64,000 bases of DNA, taken from assembly GCF_000143415.4 (NCBI RefSeq), contig NW_003314364.1, positions 428,676 to 492,675 of the forward strand, given 5' to 3'. Position 1 is the first letter of the stretch, and every line of letters starts with the position of its first letter. A program made the translations under genes and the position numbers. A model generated the notes under the pieces. It did not search any database, was not told the origin of the DNA, and saw only the letters and a list, made by a program, of their open reading frames with translations. Shown piece by piece: positions 34,521 through 46,300 of the stretch. The DNA comes from Selaginella moellendorffii (taxonomy: Eukaryota > Plantae > Lycopodiophyta).

Positions 34521-37500
34521 ATGGGGCTCGTCCTGCTGCTCCTCCTGACGCTCACCGGAGTAATCCAGGCGCTGGCAGCTTACAGCGATGTGTTCCGCCA
34601 CGCTTCCGCGCCTCAATTCCACCACGGTGCCTTCCAGGACATCAGCGATAGCATCCGATTCGATGTCCATCGCTTCCTGCATTCTCGTGCCGAGGTGAGC
34701 TAGCTACGCCCTGATTCGATCGATCAGACGGGCTGATTCTCATGGCGCCAGGTCCCTTTCGAGGTCCCTCTGGAAGTAAATGTGGTGCTCCTGGGATTTA
34801 ATGGCGATGGTGGCTACCGCTACACGCTGGATGCGGTCAAGCTCAAGAATGTGCTCAACCAGAGCATTCCCCGCCACAGGCCTGCCTGCTTGGAGACTGG
34901 CCAGCGTCTCGACATTGAGCACAAGCTCTACTACAACGTCATACCGGTAAAGCTGAGCATCAAAGCTTTCCTTTTGGGCCAATTCTTCGTGTGTTACAGG
35001 CCGGCCAGATCGAACTTTTGACTGTCGAGAGCCATCTCAAGGGGGCCATGGTGGCTACCAATTCGACTGCAAGAGAGGTTGTTTTTACTGGCATCTTTGT
35101 CCTCTCAACTTATGTCTGGGGTTTAGACAGAGTTTGGCAAAGTGCTTCCGTTGTACGAGGTGGAAGCCACCAAAGTTGAGCCGCTTTTCGACCGCTTGTA
35201 CAGCTACCTGTTTGGTGTAGAACCGGATGCCAACACGAGCACGCACAAACACTTGCCGGTTGCGATTTTTATCCTTAACCTCGACAAGGTCTGGCCATTT
35301 GCTACTTATAGCTGTTGAATCCTGACATGGTTTGGCAGGTGCGTATGGACCCTCGAATTCCTGTCGACGTCAACAATGCAACACTGTCCTCGAAAATTGA
35401 AGGGCTCACACCCGAACAGCTGAGGGAACAAGAAGGTGGCTATATTTACAAGTATCGCTACAACGAAGGTGCGTCGACGCAGCTTTGGCTGAGCTCTGGA
35501 AGGTGCTAGTGCTTACTGTAGAATGCATATGTCCAGCTTACTTCTCTCTTTCAGGTATGCCGTGATTGATATTGCGGCTGGGCCTTGTGCATATGGAAAA
35601 GTGGACTCGAACGAAGGCAGTGTAGGATACAACACGGTTCCGAGGTTGCAAAGCGTCTTCTTTCCTCGAGGACGGTCTCCGATCCAAGACACAAAAGCAC
35701 ACAGTGTTTTCTCCGGCCAACTTGTTGCGCTTGTCGCATCTGCTGTTGAGTACTTGATATCACCAGATGTCAGGTGAGCATCTATTGTTACGTTACGATC
35801 GGCTAACGAGTGGTTCGAGCAGGTATGAAACAGTGGACGTTGCGCAGAGGCTTCTGGTTTCTGTCATAATCTTGAGAAACCATCAACAAAATACTCTACT
35901 TCATTCCGGGGGAAACGATACAATAGACATGGATGCAATCGAGAGAGAGGTATCTGCATCATTGAGACATGTGTTGCTCGTTCTTTACCGGACTTTTGTC
36001 AGGTCAAGAAACTGGCCGAGCCGGGGCAGGAGGTAGTTGTCGTTGGAGGAACACATAACTTGCATGACCACGAGAAGCTGGCAATTGCTGTTAGGAAAGC
36101 ATATCGCAGTTTGTCAACTCATGAGACTACGAAGGACGGACGGTATCAAGTTCGGATCAAACCTTACCTTGATGGTTCTGTTCTAAGAGAGGTACACTTG
36201 TTATCGATGTCGCAAATAATCATCTTACTGGTACAGTTTGATGCAGGAGTTCAAACTTTCTGCCGATCTTCTAGCGTCGGGGCTTCTTGAACTTGCGGAG
36301 CCGTCCCTCTCAAATAAGTTCTTCAATTACATGGTTGCTCTTTTTGAATGCAATGAAATTTTCTGAACGATTTAAGTTGCAGGAGGGGGAGCCAGATGAG
36401 GACCAGTTCAAACGCGACCCAGTGATCAAATCCTCTTCTCGACAGGATTGGAGGTACGGCAGCAAGCAAGACAAGGAAAATAAGAGAGCGGAATCCAGAT
36501 TGCAAAATCCTCCAAATGTGAAGAAAGCCTACGGAACCAGAGTTGTCCCCGTGTAAGTTTTTCTTCTCAGGGCTCCTGCACCATTCTAAAATGTATTTTT
36601 GTTGCAGATTTGTGTTGTCACTGGCTGGACTCGATGAGGAACTTCTCATGCAAGGAGAGAGTGCTGTCTGGACAAGTAACGACGCTGTTTTTGTTGTACA
36701 GCACGAAAGCGATCCCTTCAATTTAAGGTCTGCTACGTTTATCTTATATGCTCTCTTGTGACTAATAATGTGGCTATGTGGTAGCTATGTTTCGGAGACG
36801 GCGAGGATACAAGCAGTTCCAAAGAATCCTCAAAGACACATCATTGCTGGCCTGGCTGCCGTGGTGGGAGGCTTGGTGGCACCATATGAAAGAGCATCGC
36901 ATGTTCATCAGCGTCCCCTGGTAAACTGGCTCTGGGGCTCCGGTCATCATCCGTTTGGTCCCTTCTCTAACGCAGCAAAGATTAGCAGCTTACAAAGTGA
37001 CACGGCGTTGGTACGTGGTGTGGGTCTTTGTTAGATTTTCCTTAATCTGATTCTCTCAAACAGCGGAATTCGATTTATGCACGCGTGGACCAAGCTCTTC
37101 GAGCTATAAGACAATCCACAGAGGTGTGGTTGCAAAAACAGATGTTTGTTTTTCCTGACCGTGGCCTTTACCAGAGCATCCAATCATTCACAAATGAGTT
37201 CCTGAAAACTCCGCTTGGAGAGCCTGTGAAGGGTAAGAAGCCACAGTCTGTTGCGGGACTGTGGCTCGACAAATTCTACAAGAAGACTACGAACCTTCCC
37301 ATGCCAATTCCGCACGAGCTGGTCCAGCAACTGGAAACTTACCTGGATGTAAGATCGTCTCTCTATCTTGTGTTGGCTGTTGGTAACTGTTTGTGGACTC
37401 AGGAACTGGAGACGCAGCTGGTGGAAGTGTCGTCTCGTTTGTACAATCATGAACTGCTGGAGGCACATGAAAACTCCACACACCTGCTGCAATACACGAC

Positions 37501-37734
37501 ATTTGCCAAAGCGTAAGTGGATTCAGAAAGGAACCTCGCATTGTGCTGATTGGTTTCCCATGCTGCAGCTATGTGGAGCATGTCCTGGAAACGGAGAGAG
37601 ACCGGATGAGGTGCTGTCATGTGGAGCATTCGATACCAGTCCAGAGCTCCCAGGCCCTGATTTACGGGGTGATATTGCTTACGGGCTTTGTCATATATTT
37701 CCTCGTCATTTCACTTTCAGGTGACAAATGGTAA
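34521..37734 (+). CDS. Type I membrane protein, AT4G16180-like (KNS3/SPOT1 homologue family); many short introns
   Basis: Signal peptide MGLVLLLLLTLTGVIQALA; HHGAFQDISDSIRFDVHRFLHSRAE|VPFEVPLEVNVVLLGFNGDGGYRY; WLWGSGHHPFGPFSN; C-terminal TM segment LIYGVILLTGFVIYFLVI. Family assignment is from recall. Confidence 0.8.
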
Positions 37735-38004
37735 AGCAAACGAAAAGCTTTTGAGGAACACAATTTTGGCACCTGTGAAATAATAGAAACACCTAACGTC
37801 TTCGATCGTCAGCAAGCACCTTATCTCCTACATCAGAGTGTCGTCCAGGCATGCACAAAACTTGAGCAACGTTCACAAAGGTGACAACGACCGTTATGGC
37901 AGCGAGATGTTGTGAACCTTTGATGATTGGGTGGTGCTTGCTCAGGACTGCTTACGAAGGGCTCAGCAAGCAGTCGGAGCTGAAAGGCTTGGGGACTCTT
38001 CTTA

Positions 38005-38202
38005 GCCAAATCTATATAGTTTTTTTAACGATTCCAGATAACTATGAACACTGGGTTGGAGAACTCGTCTTCCATGTCGAGTGCCGAGCTCGTGACGAGA
38101 TTACTATGGCCTTTTGTGTGTACGTATGACCTGGGTGCCCTCTCTGTCCGCATTGAAACAAATGGCTGGGGAAGAACTGCTCAGCTCGTTTGCGTCGAGC
38201 CT
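38005..38202 (+). pseudogene. Inverted, deleted duplicate of ArfGAP exons 5-7
   Basis: Blocks match the reverse complement of 32942-33330, including an exact 24-mer GCTCAGCTCGTTTGCGTCGAGCCT (38179-38202 vs 32942-32965) and intron ends. Confidence 0.85.
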
Positions 38203-39699
38203 GGATCTAGTCTTTGGGGGCTCAAGCGACGAAACAAACAACCTGTTGATCGAGTCCCGCTGCTTCAGCTTCTCCTGTTCTACAGCCATGACGTCGGCCT
38301 TGTCCGTGAGGCCCTGAGAGCGGTAGGCCTGGATGAGGATGTTGTAGGTGAGGTGGTCGGGCTTGCATCCCTGCTCCTGCATGGCGGCGAAGTAGCGGTC
38401 GATGCTGCTGATGTCGGAGGCCCTCCTGTAGGCGTCGAGCACCGAGTTGTAGAGCGCGGTGTCGGGCTGGACCTTGTGCATGCTCATCTGCTCCAGCAGC
38501 CTGGGGAGCTTGCGCTGCATGCCAAACTTGCCGTAGAAGTTGATGAGCGTGCAGTAGGTGACGGAGTCGGGCCGGACGCCCCCACACTTCATGCTGGTGA
38601 AGGTCTTGAGCATCTGCGTCTTGCGGCCGGCACGGCCATAGGCGTTGATGAGGATGTTGTAGGTGACGGCGTCAACCTGGTAGTGGTACCTGTGGATGTA
38701 GCGCACAACCGCGTGCATCTTGTCAAACATCTCGGCCTTGGCGTAGGCGGCCATGAGCGAGTGGAGCGTGAGCGAGTCGGGGCCGTCGCTGGGCGTGGTC
38801 AGCCTCTGGAACCACTCCTCCATCCGCCGGATGTCGCCGCGGTTGCCAAAGCCTTTGACGATGGCATTGCGGCTCCAGTGGTCGGGCCTGCACGAGGGCG
38901 AGGGCGACTGGAGCATCTGGAGCGCCAGGTCGTGGAGCTTGTCGAGGGAGCCGGACTTGGCATAGGCGTCGAGGATGATGTTGTAGGTGACGCGGTTGGG
39001 CTGGATGCCTCGGGCGGTCATGTCGGCCAGGAGGTCCGAGGCACGGCTCAGCTGGCCGCAGTCGCAGCACGACTTGATGAGGAGGCTGTAGGTGAAGACG
39101 TCAGGCGAGCAGTGCGGGGTGGCGTTCATGGCTTGGAGCACTTCCATGGCGGTGCTCATCAGGTTGCTGCGCGTGTAGGCGGACATGAGGGCCGTGAATG
39201 CCTCCCGGCTGGGGCCGCAGCCGTCGGCGAGCATGGTCTGGAAGAGGGAGGCGGCCTCGTCCGGCCGCTTGCATTTGCCCAGCATCTCCAGCAGGCGGAT
39301 GTAGGTGCCGGCGTATGGCTGGTACCACTGCTGCGAGCGGAGGAGCTCAAACACTTTGAGCGCCGCCTCCCACTGGCCCCGCTGGATCCTGTCCGACAGT
39401 ATGTCGAGCAGCGAGCTGGGCAGCAGCTTGCTCGCCTTTCTGGCCATACTCTTGCGCAAGCTCGCCTCCTCGGACGCCATGACCCGGTTTGCCACCGTCA
39501 TGGCCTCCCTGGCCGACCGCTTGTCCTGCCTCGTCTCCCGCCATTGCAAGCGGCTGGGCCGCACGCTCCTGCTGCTTCCGCCGCTGCTATCGCTGCTGCT
39601 GCTGCTGCCGCATTGGACACACATCCTCGTCCATCGCCCATTGCCAAGTGCAGCAGCGAGGTGCCAAGAGGCCGGCCATGGCTCCCGCAGATGAAACAT
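38104..39699 (-). CDS. P-class pentatricopeptide repeat protein (At5g48730/At3g06430/At3g53170-like), intronless
   Basis: 531-aa ORF with about ten 35-aa repeats (PDVFTYSLLIKSCC, PNRVTYNIILDAYAKSG, PDSVTYCTLINFYGKFG) and a Ser-rich transit-like N-terminus; start codon uncertain. Confidence 0.92.
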   Translation of the reverse strand: MFHLREPWPASWHLAAALGNGRWTRMCVQCGSSSSSDSSGGSSRSVRPSRLQWRETRQDKRSAREAMTVANRVMASEEASLRKSMARKASKLLPSSLLDILSDRIQRGQWEAALKVFELLRSQQWYQPYAGTYIRLLEMLGKCKRPDEAASLFQTMLADGCGPSREAFTALMSAYTRSNLMSTAMEVLQAMNATPHCSPDVFTYSLLIKSCCDCGQLSRASDLLADMTARGIQPNRVTYNIILDAYAKSGSLDKLHDLALQMLQSPSPSCRPDHWSRNAIVKGFGNRGDIRRMEEWFQRLTTPSDGPDSLTLHSLMAAYAKAEMFDKMHAVVRYIHRYHYQVDAVTYNILINAYGRAGRKTQMLKTFTSMKCGGVRPDSVTYCTLINFYGKFGMQRKLPRLLEQMSMHKVQPDTALYNSVLDAYRRASDISSIDRYFAAMQEQGCKPDHLTYNILIQAYRSQGLTDKADVMAVEQEKLKQRDSINRLFVSSLEPPKTRSRLDANELSSSSPAICFNADREGTQVIRTHKRP

Positions 39700-39743
39700 A
39701 CATTACCTAGCTATATAGCATATGGCAGCAGAAAAGCAAGTAC

Positions 39744-41246
39744 TTACGTGGCCCGGAAGAGGAGCATCTCCTGCTGCTTGAAGTATCTCCTCTCCTCTTG
39801 GTCCACTAGCACCAGGTTGAGGTAGTACCTCACACTGAACTTGTTGTTGATGTTGCGGTACGTGGGCGTCAGATCGTAGGGGCTGAGGAAGAGGCGGACC
39901 GGGATGGATTCACCTGCGCAGCGCAGCGGATGCATGTCATTTGTCGTGCGAGTGAGAGTGAATGGAGTTACCCCGGACTGGTGCCCCGTCCATGATCTCG
40001 TACTTGGCCAGCGTCTCGCTCTCGTTCAGAGTGTTGGGCCCGGAGCCGGTTGACTCTCTACGCCGGATCTCCAGTTCCATGTGCTTGATCTTGATGCGCA
40101 CCAGCAAAAAGTAAATCTTCCCAATTATCACGTCCTTGAGATGGTACCTGCGAGCGATGTCAACGTAGTCAACTCCCAGCACACAATAGGTAGAGAAACA
40201 CTGGTACTTGCTCTTGGTGTACTCAAACTCAATGTGCAAGCAGTCCTCGATGCCCACCTCCATCTGTGCTTTGCAAACCAGCTTACTTCAGGCTCCAAGA
40301 GAGTGAGTGACAGGGGCAGACATACCTTGATGCTGGTGTTGATCTCTGGATGGGGATTGAAGTTGCGGACCTTCAAAACAACAAAGCTTTTCATCATGGC
40401 ACTCTGTGAAACACAAACGAATGTGCTTACCCAGAACTCCTTGTGCTCCACAATGTTGGCCGCAACATAGCTCCTGCTCACTGTGACCTTGAGCACATAG
40501 CTGCAAGGCAACAACCAAGGTGTCAAGGACAGTGGGGGCCGGGGGCAGCTTTCCTACCGGAGCCTAACGTTGACACCGTTGTAGGATTCATACTGCATCT
40601 CCACGGTGGAGAACTCAAACGGATAGATCTTGCGGTCGTGGATCACTCCTGGCACGTCCAGTTCCCTGACTTTTGCCAGTGCTCACGGATGAGATGGTAA
40701 GAAGCCAAGCTAGTAGTAGTAGAGAACAGGTTACCAAGAGATGTGAAATCGTAAAAGTGGCCACGGTCCACGTACAGCTCTGCCAAAGAAGAGGATAATC
40801 CATTTCATTTCGCCAGGGTGCAGGGTGTCAAGTGTAATGCCTCACCTATCTGACCCAGGAGCTCGATCTTGACGCCCTGGTGCTCGATCCGCTTCCCCGG
40901 GAGGGGGTCGATCCTCACCTGTGACAGGCACTATTAGCAACGAATGCGGCTCCAAGCGATCAACCAAACCTGGCCGGCGACGCTGTCCTGGCTCCGGAAC
41001 AATGGCACGGACGCCATTTGCCCATTCTCCTTCTTGAGGGTAACCTGGGAATTCGTGATCCACGTGATTGATTGGCGGATCGATCTTGAGAGCTTTGGAT
41101 CGACTTACATGCTTGCGCGTGTCCTCGTCCGCGAGCTCGATGGAGACGCTGGCCAGCGGGCTGAAGGCTCCCACAAGGAAGTTCTGCGCGCGCACCAAAT
41201 CTTGTGTCACAACAGTTAAAAAGCGAGATCGAGCAAGTGTTACCAT
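39744..41246 (-). CDS. VPS26: Retromer subunit VPS26
   Basis: ATG-only first coding exon, then NFLVGAF; [15 protein letters not shown]; [25 protein letters not shown]; [26 protein letters not shown]. Confidence 0.95.
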
Positions 41247-41415
41247 TGGCCGCGGCCCAACTCCTCACTCTTTCTTGTGAATGGCCCCCGACGGAATGGT
41301 CCCCGACGTGTGATGGACGAGACTCGAACCCGCGACGTGTGCTCGCTGGTCAATTCCAACACGTCAGCATTTTGTTGACGATGGGCGGCCCAGGCCATTG
41401 ACGAGAAGCAAGAGG

Positions 41416-41470
41416 AAAGAGAGAGAGAGAGAGAGAAAGAGAAAGAGGGAGCGAGAGAGAGGAGGGAGGG
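41416..41470 (+). repeat. GA-rich microsatellite between VPS26 and WRKY
   Basis: (GA)n tract upstream of the WRKY start. Confidence 0.7.
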
Positions 41471-41589
41471 AGCAATTCATCCGCAGTGGGAAGTGGCCGC
41501 GAGGAAGGTAACTAATAAATAAGCTCAGGCCCCCCGGGAAGAGGGAGGAAGGAGGTGAGGAGATAGCAGTACCCTAGGGAGCGCCCAGG

Positions 41590-43170
41590 ATGGAACGAGG
41601 AGAAGGGAGCGGGCGCGGTGGTCTCGTCGTGTCAAAGCCGGTCAGACCTCACCTGGCAGTCCTGCCGCCCCGGCCCTCCATGGAAGCGCTCTTGCGGAGC
41701 AGCGATTTGAGCCGCAGCCCCATGGGCGTGGTGGCCAATTTCCTAGCTGAGCAGGACCCCGACTCCAGCTCCATTTCCTTCACCAGCCTCCTGCAAGGGG
41801 CGCTCGCCTCGCCATCGCCCAAGATCCTCTCGCGCTTCAAGTCGTCGCCACTCGACTCGCCGCTGCTGCTCTCTTCTTCGGCGCTGGTAAGCCTGTCTTT
41901 GTTTTCGTTTCTCGTGCTGCCGCGCTAGCCTAGCCTTGCATTAACCCAAACACTGCGTGGTGCCTCAGGCAGAGCCATCTCCTACCACGGGTTTCCATGT
42001 CGTCAATCCCTTGGCATGGCATCCTCCGCCGTCTCCACTGCCGCTGGTATGCTGTTGCTCTTCTCCAGGGAAATCTACTAATGCCCTACTTGTTTCCAGT
42101 CTCCTTTGGGAGGGGTGTCTCACGGCCAACTTCTGGCACAAGTCCAGTCGCACGCCCAAGTGTTGCAGCAGCAGCAGCAGCAGCAGAAGCCAGCGGACAG
42201 CAACAAGCAGGAGGAGGATGACGAGCACGGGGAGCAGCAAGACGAGGACACGAGCGTTGCTCTGGTGCCTGCTGCGCCTGCGGTGACAAGAGCAAGCGCA
42301 AGCGCATCAACACCCGCTCCAGAGCACGACGGCTACAACTGGCGCAAGTATGGGCAGAAGCAGGTCAAGGGGTGTGACAATCCGCGGAGCTACTACCGCT
42401 GCACGCATCCGGACTGCTCCGCCAAGAAGCTGGTGGAGCGCTCCGTGTCTGGAGAAACGACGCAGATTGTGTACAAAGGCGACCACAGCCACTCCAAGCC
42501 GCAGATGATCCGGAGGCTGGCGGTGACCCGCGTGCAACCGGACGACGGCAGCAAGAGAACTCTGGTGCTTGTGCCTGGCGGCGCCACCCCCACGCCTGCC
42601 CAGCGCCATGCCAGCAACAGCAACAGCAGCGACGTGGAGGAGGAGGAGGAGGAGCAAGAGGCGGAGGACGGGGAGGAACCGGATGCCAAGCGCAGGTAAC
42701 AAAGAACGGATCTTTGAGACAAGCTTGAGACACTTGACTCACATGCTGCTTGTGCAGGAGACGGGACGGGATGAATGCCTCGAGCAGAAGCAGCGGCAGC
42801 GGCAGCCGCGAGGCACCCGTTGTGGTGCACACCAACAGCGAAGTGGACGTGCTCGACGACGGCTACCGCTGGAGAAAATACGGGCAGAAGGTTGTCAAAG
42901 GCAATCCCAACCCAAGGTGAGCTCGTTTCTCGCCAGGAGATTTTGGTTTTGATTGGTTTAAACTCTCGCCGTGTGTCCAGGAGCTACTACAGGTGCACAA
43001 ACCCGGGGTGCCCCGTGAGGAAGCATGTGGAGAGAGCAGCGGACGATCCAAAGGCAGTCATCACCTCGTACGAAGGCAAGCACGACCACGACACACCCGC
43101 TGCCAGGGGCGGCGCCGCTTCCACGTCCACCACTAGCACAAAGCTCCTCCCTGCTCCTCTCTCCGCCTAG
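41590..43170 (+). CDS. Group I WRKY transcription factor (two WRKY domains, C2H2 fingers)
   Basis: [24 protein letters not shown] and [21 protein letters not shown]|[13 protein letters not shown] with the conserved R-type intron; N-terminal RFKS..DSP..SPTTG motif. Confidence 0.95.
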
Positions 43171-43247
43171 AGTATACGCTTAGACTAACCACAAAAAAAT
43201 GCAACCTAACTCTGGGGGGAAGACAATGCAATGTTTATATAAAGTGA

Positions 43248-43266
43248 AAACCCTAAACCTGGGCCC
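43248..43266 (+). promoter_or_regulatory. Telo-box plus site II-like motif upstream of ATM
   Basis: AAACCCTA followed by TGGGCC, about 55-70 bp before the ATM ATG. Confidence 0.5.
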
Positions 43267-43319
43267 TGGGTTTTAAAATCCCAGCGCGGGGGAAGGAGGG
43301 CTATAGCCTAGGGCGAGCT

Positions 43320-46300
43320 ATGGCCGTCAATGTCCGTGTTGTGGAGGAAATGGTCGCCAAGCTGAGGTCGGATCGCCACAGGGAGCGCGAGGTAAGCGCG
43401 CCTCTTTCATGTGTCATGTCGGATTGGCATGCCCCAAACCAGGCCGGCCTCAAGCTGCTCAAGGAGTATGTCAACATGCGGGATTTCTCGAGGCTGCTGG
43501 ACGAGCAGACGGAAAGGCTCCAGCGCCAGGGCCAGATTCCGCGTAACAAGCTTTTGCTCGCTCGCTTTCTTTTCTCATCTCGGCCTGTCCTGTTTTTGTG
43601 CTGCAGCATCGACATGGCCGGGTGTGGTGCATGCCTTGTGCGAGGGCACTTCGTCATACCTGAAAACGCCCAAGAAGAAGGCGCCCAGTTTCGAGTATGC
43701 CAAGGTACTCAGGAGTCTGGTGAGGAGGGCTTGTGCCTCCGGTAAGCTGCGCGCAATCTTGCTCAAAAGCACGACATGTTGTCAAATGAATATCCTTTGA
43801 TCGCAGACAAGAGAGGGGTCCTGGTGCGCAAGCTCAGTCACCTGTACCAGCATTTGGTGGATACCGTCGTCACTGTTCCCAGCTTCCAAGCTGATTACTG
43901 CGCTATTGTGTCCGATCTTCTTAGCGAGCACGAATACCGCTTGCGCATGAAGGAGGAAACATATGCAGGTAACTCTCGCGTTATAAACGACCTCACACAG
44001 TCTTGGTTGCCTGCTCTAGAACTTGTCCAGTTCCTTCTGCAAACTCAGACGCAGCCGCACGACGATGCCTTTCTGTCCATCGTCAAAAATCCACCAGGGG
44101 GTATCCCTCCGTCTTTAAGGCCGGACGTCGCGGCCAAGCTCTCCAACATCTTCCTGCACATCAGGTGTGTTCGTAATTCTGGGAGTTCACGGACGTGACA
44201 CGCGGGTTTTTAAACCAGTGATATCAAAGCGGGTCTGAAAAAGGCTCTAGAGGCAGTCACCAGCTTGTTGAGACATGATGGACCAAATCTAGGCAGTCAC
44301 TTACTTGAAATTCATTGCGGTGCTAAGAAATGCCTTTTCCGGTCATGGGCTACAATTACCGACACGGCTACCAAGGTTAGATGCTACCCTGCGGTCTTTA
44401 CATGCTCATTTCCTTTACTGTTACAGGACTTGTTTGTTCTGTATCTGAGGATGCAACTGAAACTAAGCAGCATTGTGAGGGACGACGAAACCGATCACCT
44501 CGAGGAATTGTTTGACTTCGTGGTTAAGGAACTGGACGGGAAGTGTTGGTAAGCCGAACCTTTCGTAATGCCAAGAAGCTTACAGTGCATTATTCTTTTT
44601 ACCCAGGGACACCAAGGCTGTACCACTTGCGAGCTCGACACACTCGTTTCTAATGCTTGCTGCCCAAGTCATTTTTGAGGTGCATGCAGCGTTTGCTATA
44701 CTCTCCCGTTCTGACTTCTCACTTTCAGTTCCTCGGCAGGGACAGAGGTCATGCTACCAACAGCTCTAAACGTAGAAAAAAGGAGAGCGTCACGGCGCTC
44801 ATCACAGACAGAATACGTGATTTGAAACCGTTGTGGTAAGGGTCATGTTGGTGTACGACATCGTCACATTCCTGCAATAATCAGGGCTGGCGCCATTTGC
44901 CTTCTGCTGAGGCACTATGGTTCTAAGCTTCCGCAGCAGTTCTTATCTGATGTCTTTCAGCTTTGGTGCAGAGGTACGTCTCGACTACAATGCTGTATGA
45001 TAAACATATGTATGTGCTTTTTGAAGGTTGCCTATTGAAGCGATCAACGTCATGTCCTTTGAAGTACCTTTATGGCTTATAAGGTTTGTCTTCCACTGCT
45101 CTTATATCTGACATTATTCAGAACAATCCAGATGCGTCAACGAGATTTGTGATATTGGGGACCATGGAACCTGGCAGGTGTGGTAGATTGTAAATTTTCC
45201 ACTCCACTGTTATTTACGTCCGCTAGTCTTGCAGAACGCAAGCCTTTGGCAGTGTGTGTGGGAGGCGACAATCAAATGGATATTGTTGATGAGCACCGTG
45301 TTGGTTCTTGTATGGGTGATTTCGTACTCCTCCCCATTGTCTTCTCATGATTCTACTTGCAGGTGGACGAGGCTTTGAAGCTACTGAGCAACATATTGCT
45401 TATGGTAGCTTTTCCGGGTATTATGAGACTTTGACCTCTGACTTTGTAGTTTCTGCGATGCAGAATAACTCGCCTGCTTTTGTTGCTCCGAACGAAATTT
45501 GGGAGCTCCACGTATTCAGAGATCAACCAACAAGGTATCGTCATCTCCTTGAGCTCTTCCGCAGGTTTTGCTAACAGTTATCGCACCCGCAGAAGTGCTC
45601 TCTTTTTTGTTTCTGTGTTGTTTTCGACTGCTCCCTGTCAGGTAATTAATAGGTTGATCAGATACCTGGAATGACATTCGATTTGCTCTTCCAGGACTTT
45701 GTTCTTCGAAAATCTCTTCTTGTTTGGGCTCTGAAGGCATTGAAGTTTCAGGTGTCCAACCTTCTCGTTCTTTTTCTTTTGTTCTTTTTCTGTTGTAACT
45801 TCTCGTCTTTTAGGCCGGATCTTCGGAATGCCAGGTACCCCTCAAGCTTATAAGCTGGACGCTCCTTTCTCTCTCGGTTGGTGCGCTGGAATTTCAAGTA
45901 AAGGATGCCGCTACTTTCTTACAGAGCTGGTCGGAGGTAATTAGATTCTTAACTATTTGTGATAAAATCTCCGTGCCGAGTTACTCGCCTAAATTTCTCA
46001 GCAAACGGAACAAGGCAAGGTTCTAGAAGCGGAGTTGCGTGAACTTGACCTTGCAGACGAAGTTTTAGCCAACTGTGGAGTTGAAGGATTGTCCGCAATC
46101 AACGTAAGCACATTTGCATTCGTGGATATTCTTTTAGAAGCTGGTTTCTTCAGGTTGATTGCCAACGAAACAGTTTAGTGAGTCTTTCTCAAAGCGACGA
46201 TTTACTTCAAATCCTTGGTGAAGGTATTTTGCAACTTATTCAAGAAGTAAAATGCCAGCGACTGGAATCTCTCCTTCGGGTGGCCGTACTTGTGTCCTAC

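Noticed and set aside
39682-39747. Spliced VPS26-PPR fusion via the GTAAGT overlapping the VPS26 stop
   Set aside because: The nearby AG acceptors give an immediate stop or a frame other than the PPR frame.
38044-39825. 593-aa + strand ORF
   Set aside because: Antisense shadow of the GC-rich PPR coding sequence.
41310-41362. Complete tRNA gene
   Set aside because: Only 53 nt and lacks D and anticodon arms; kept only as a low-interest relic.
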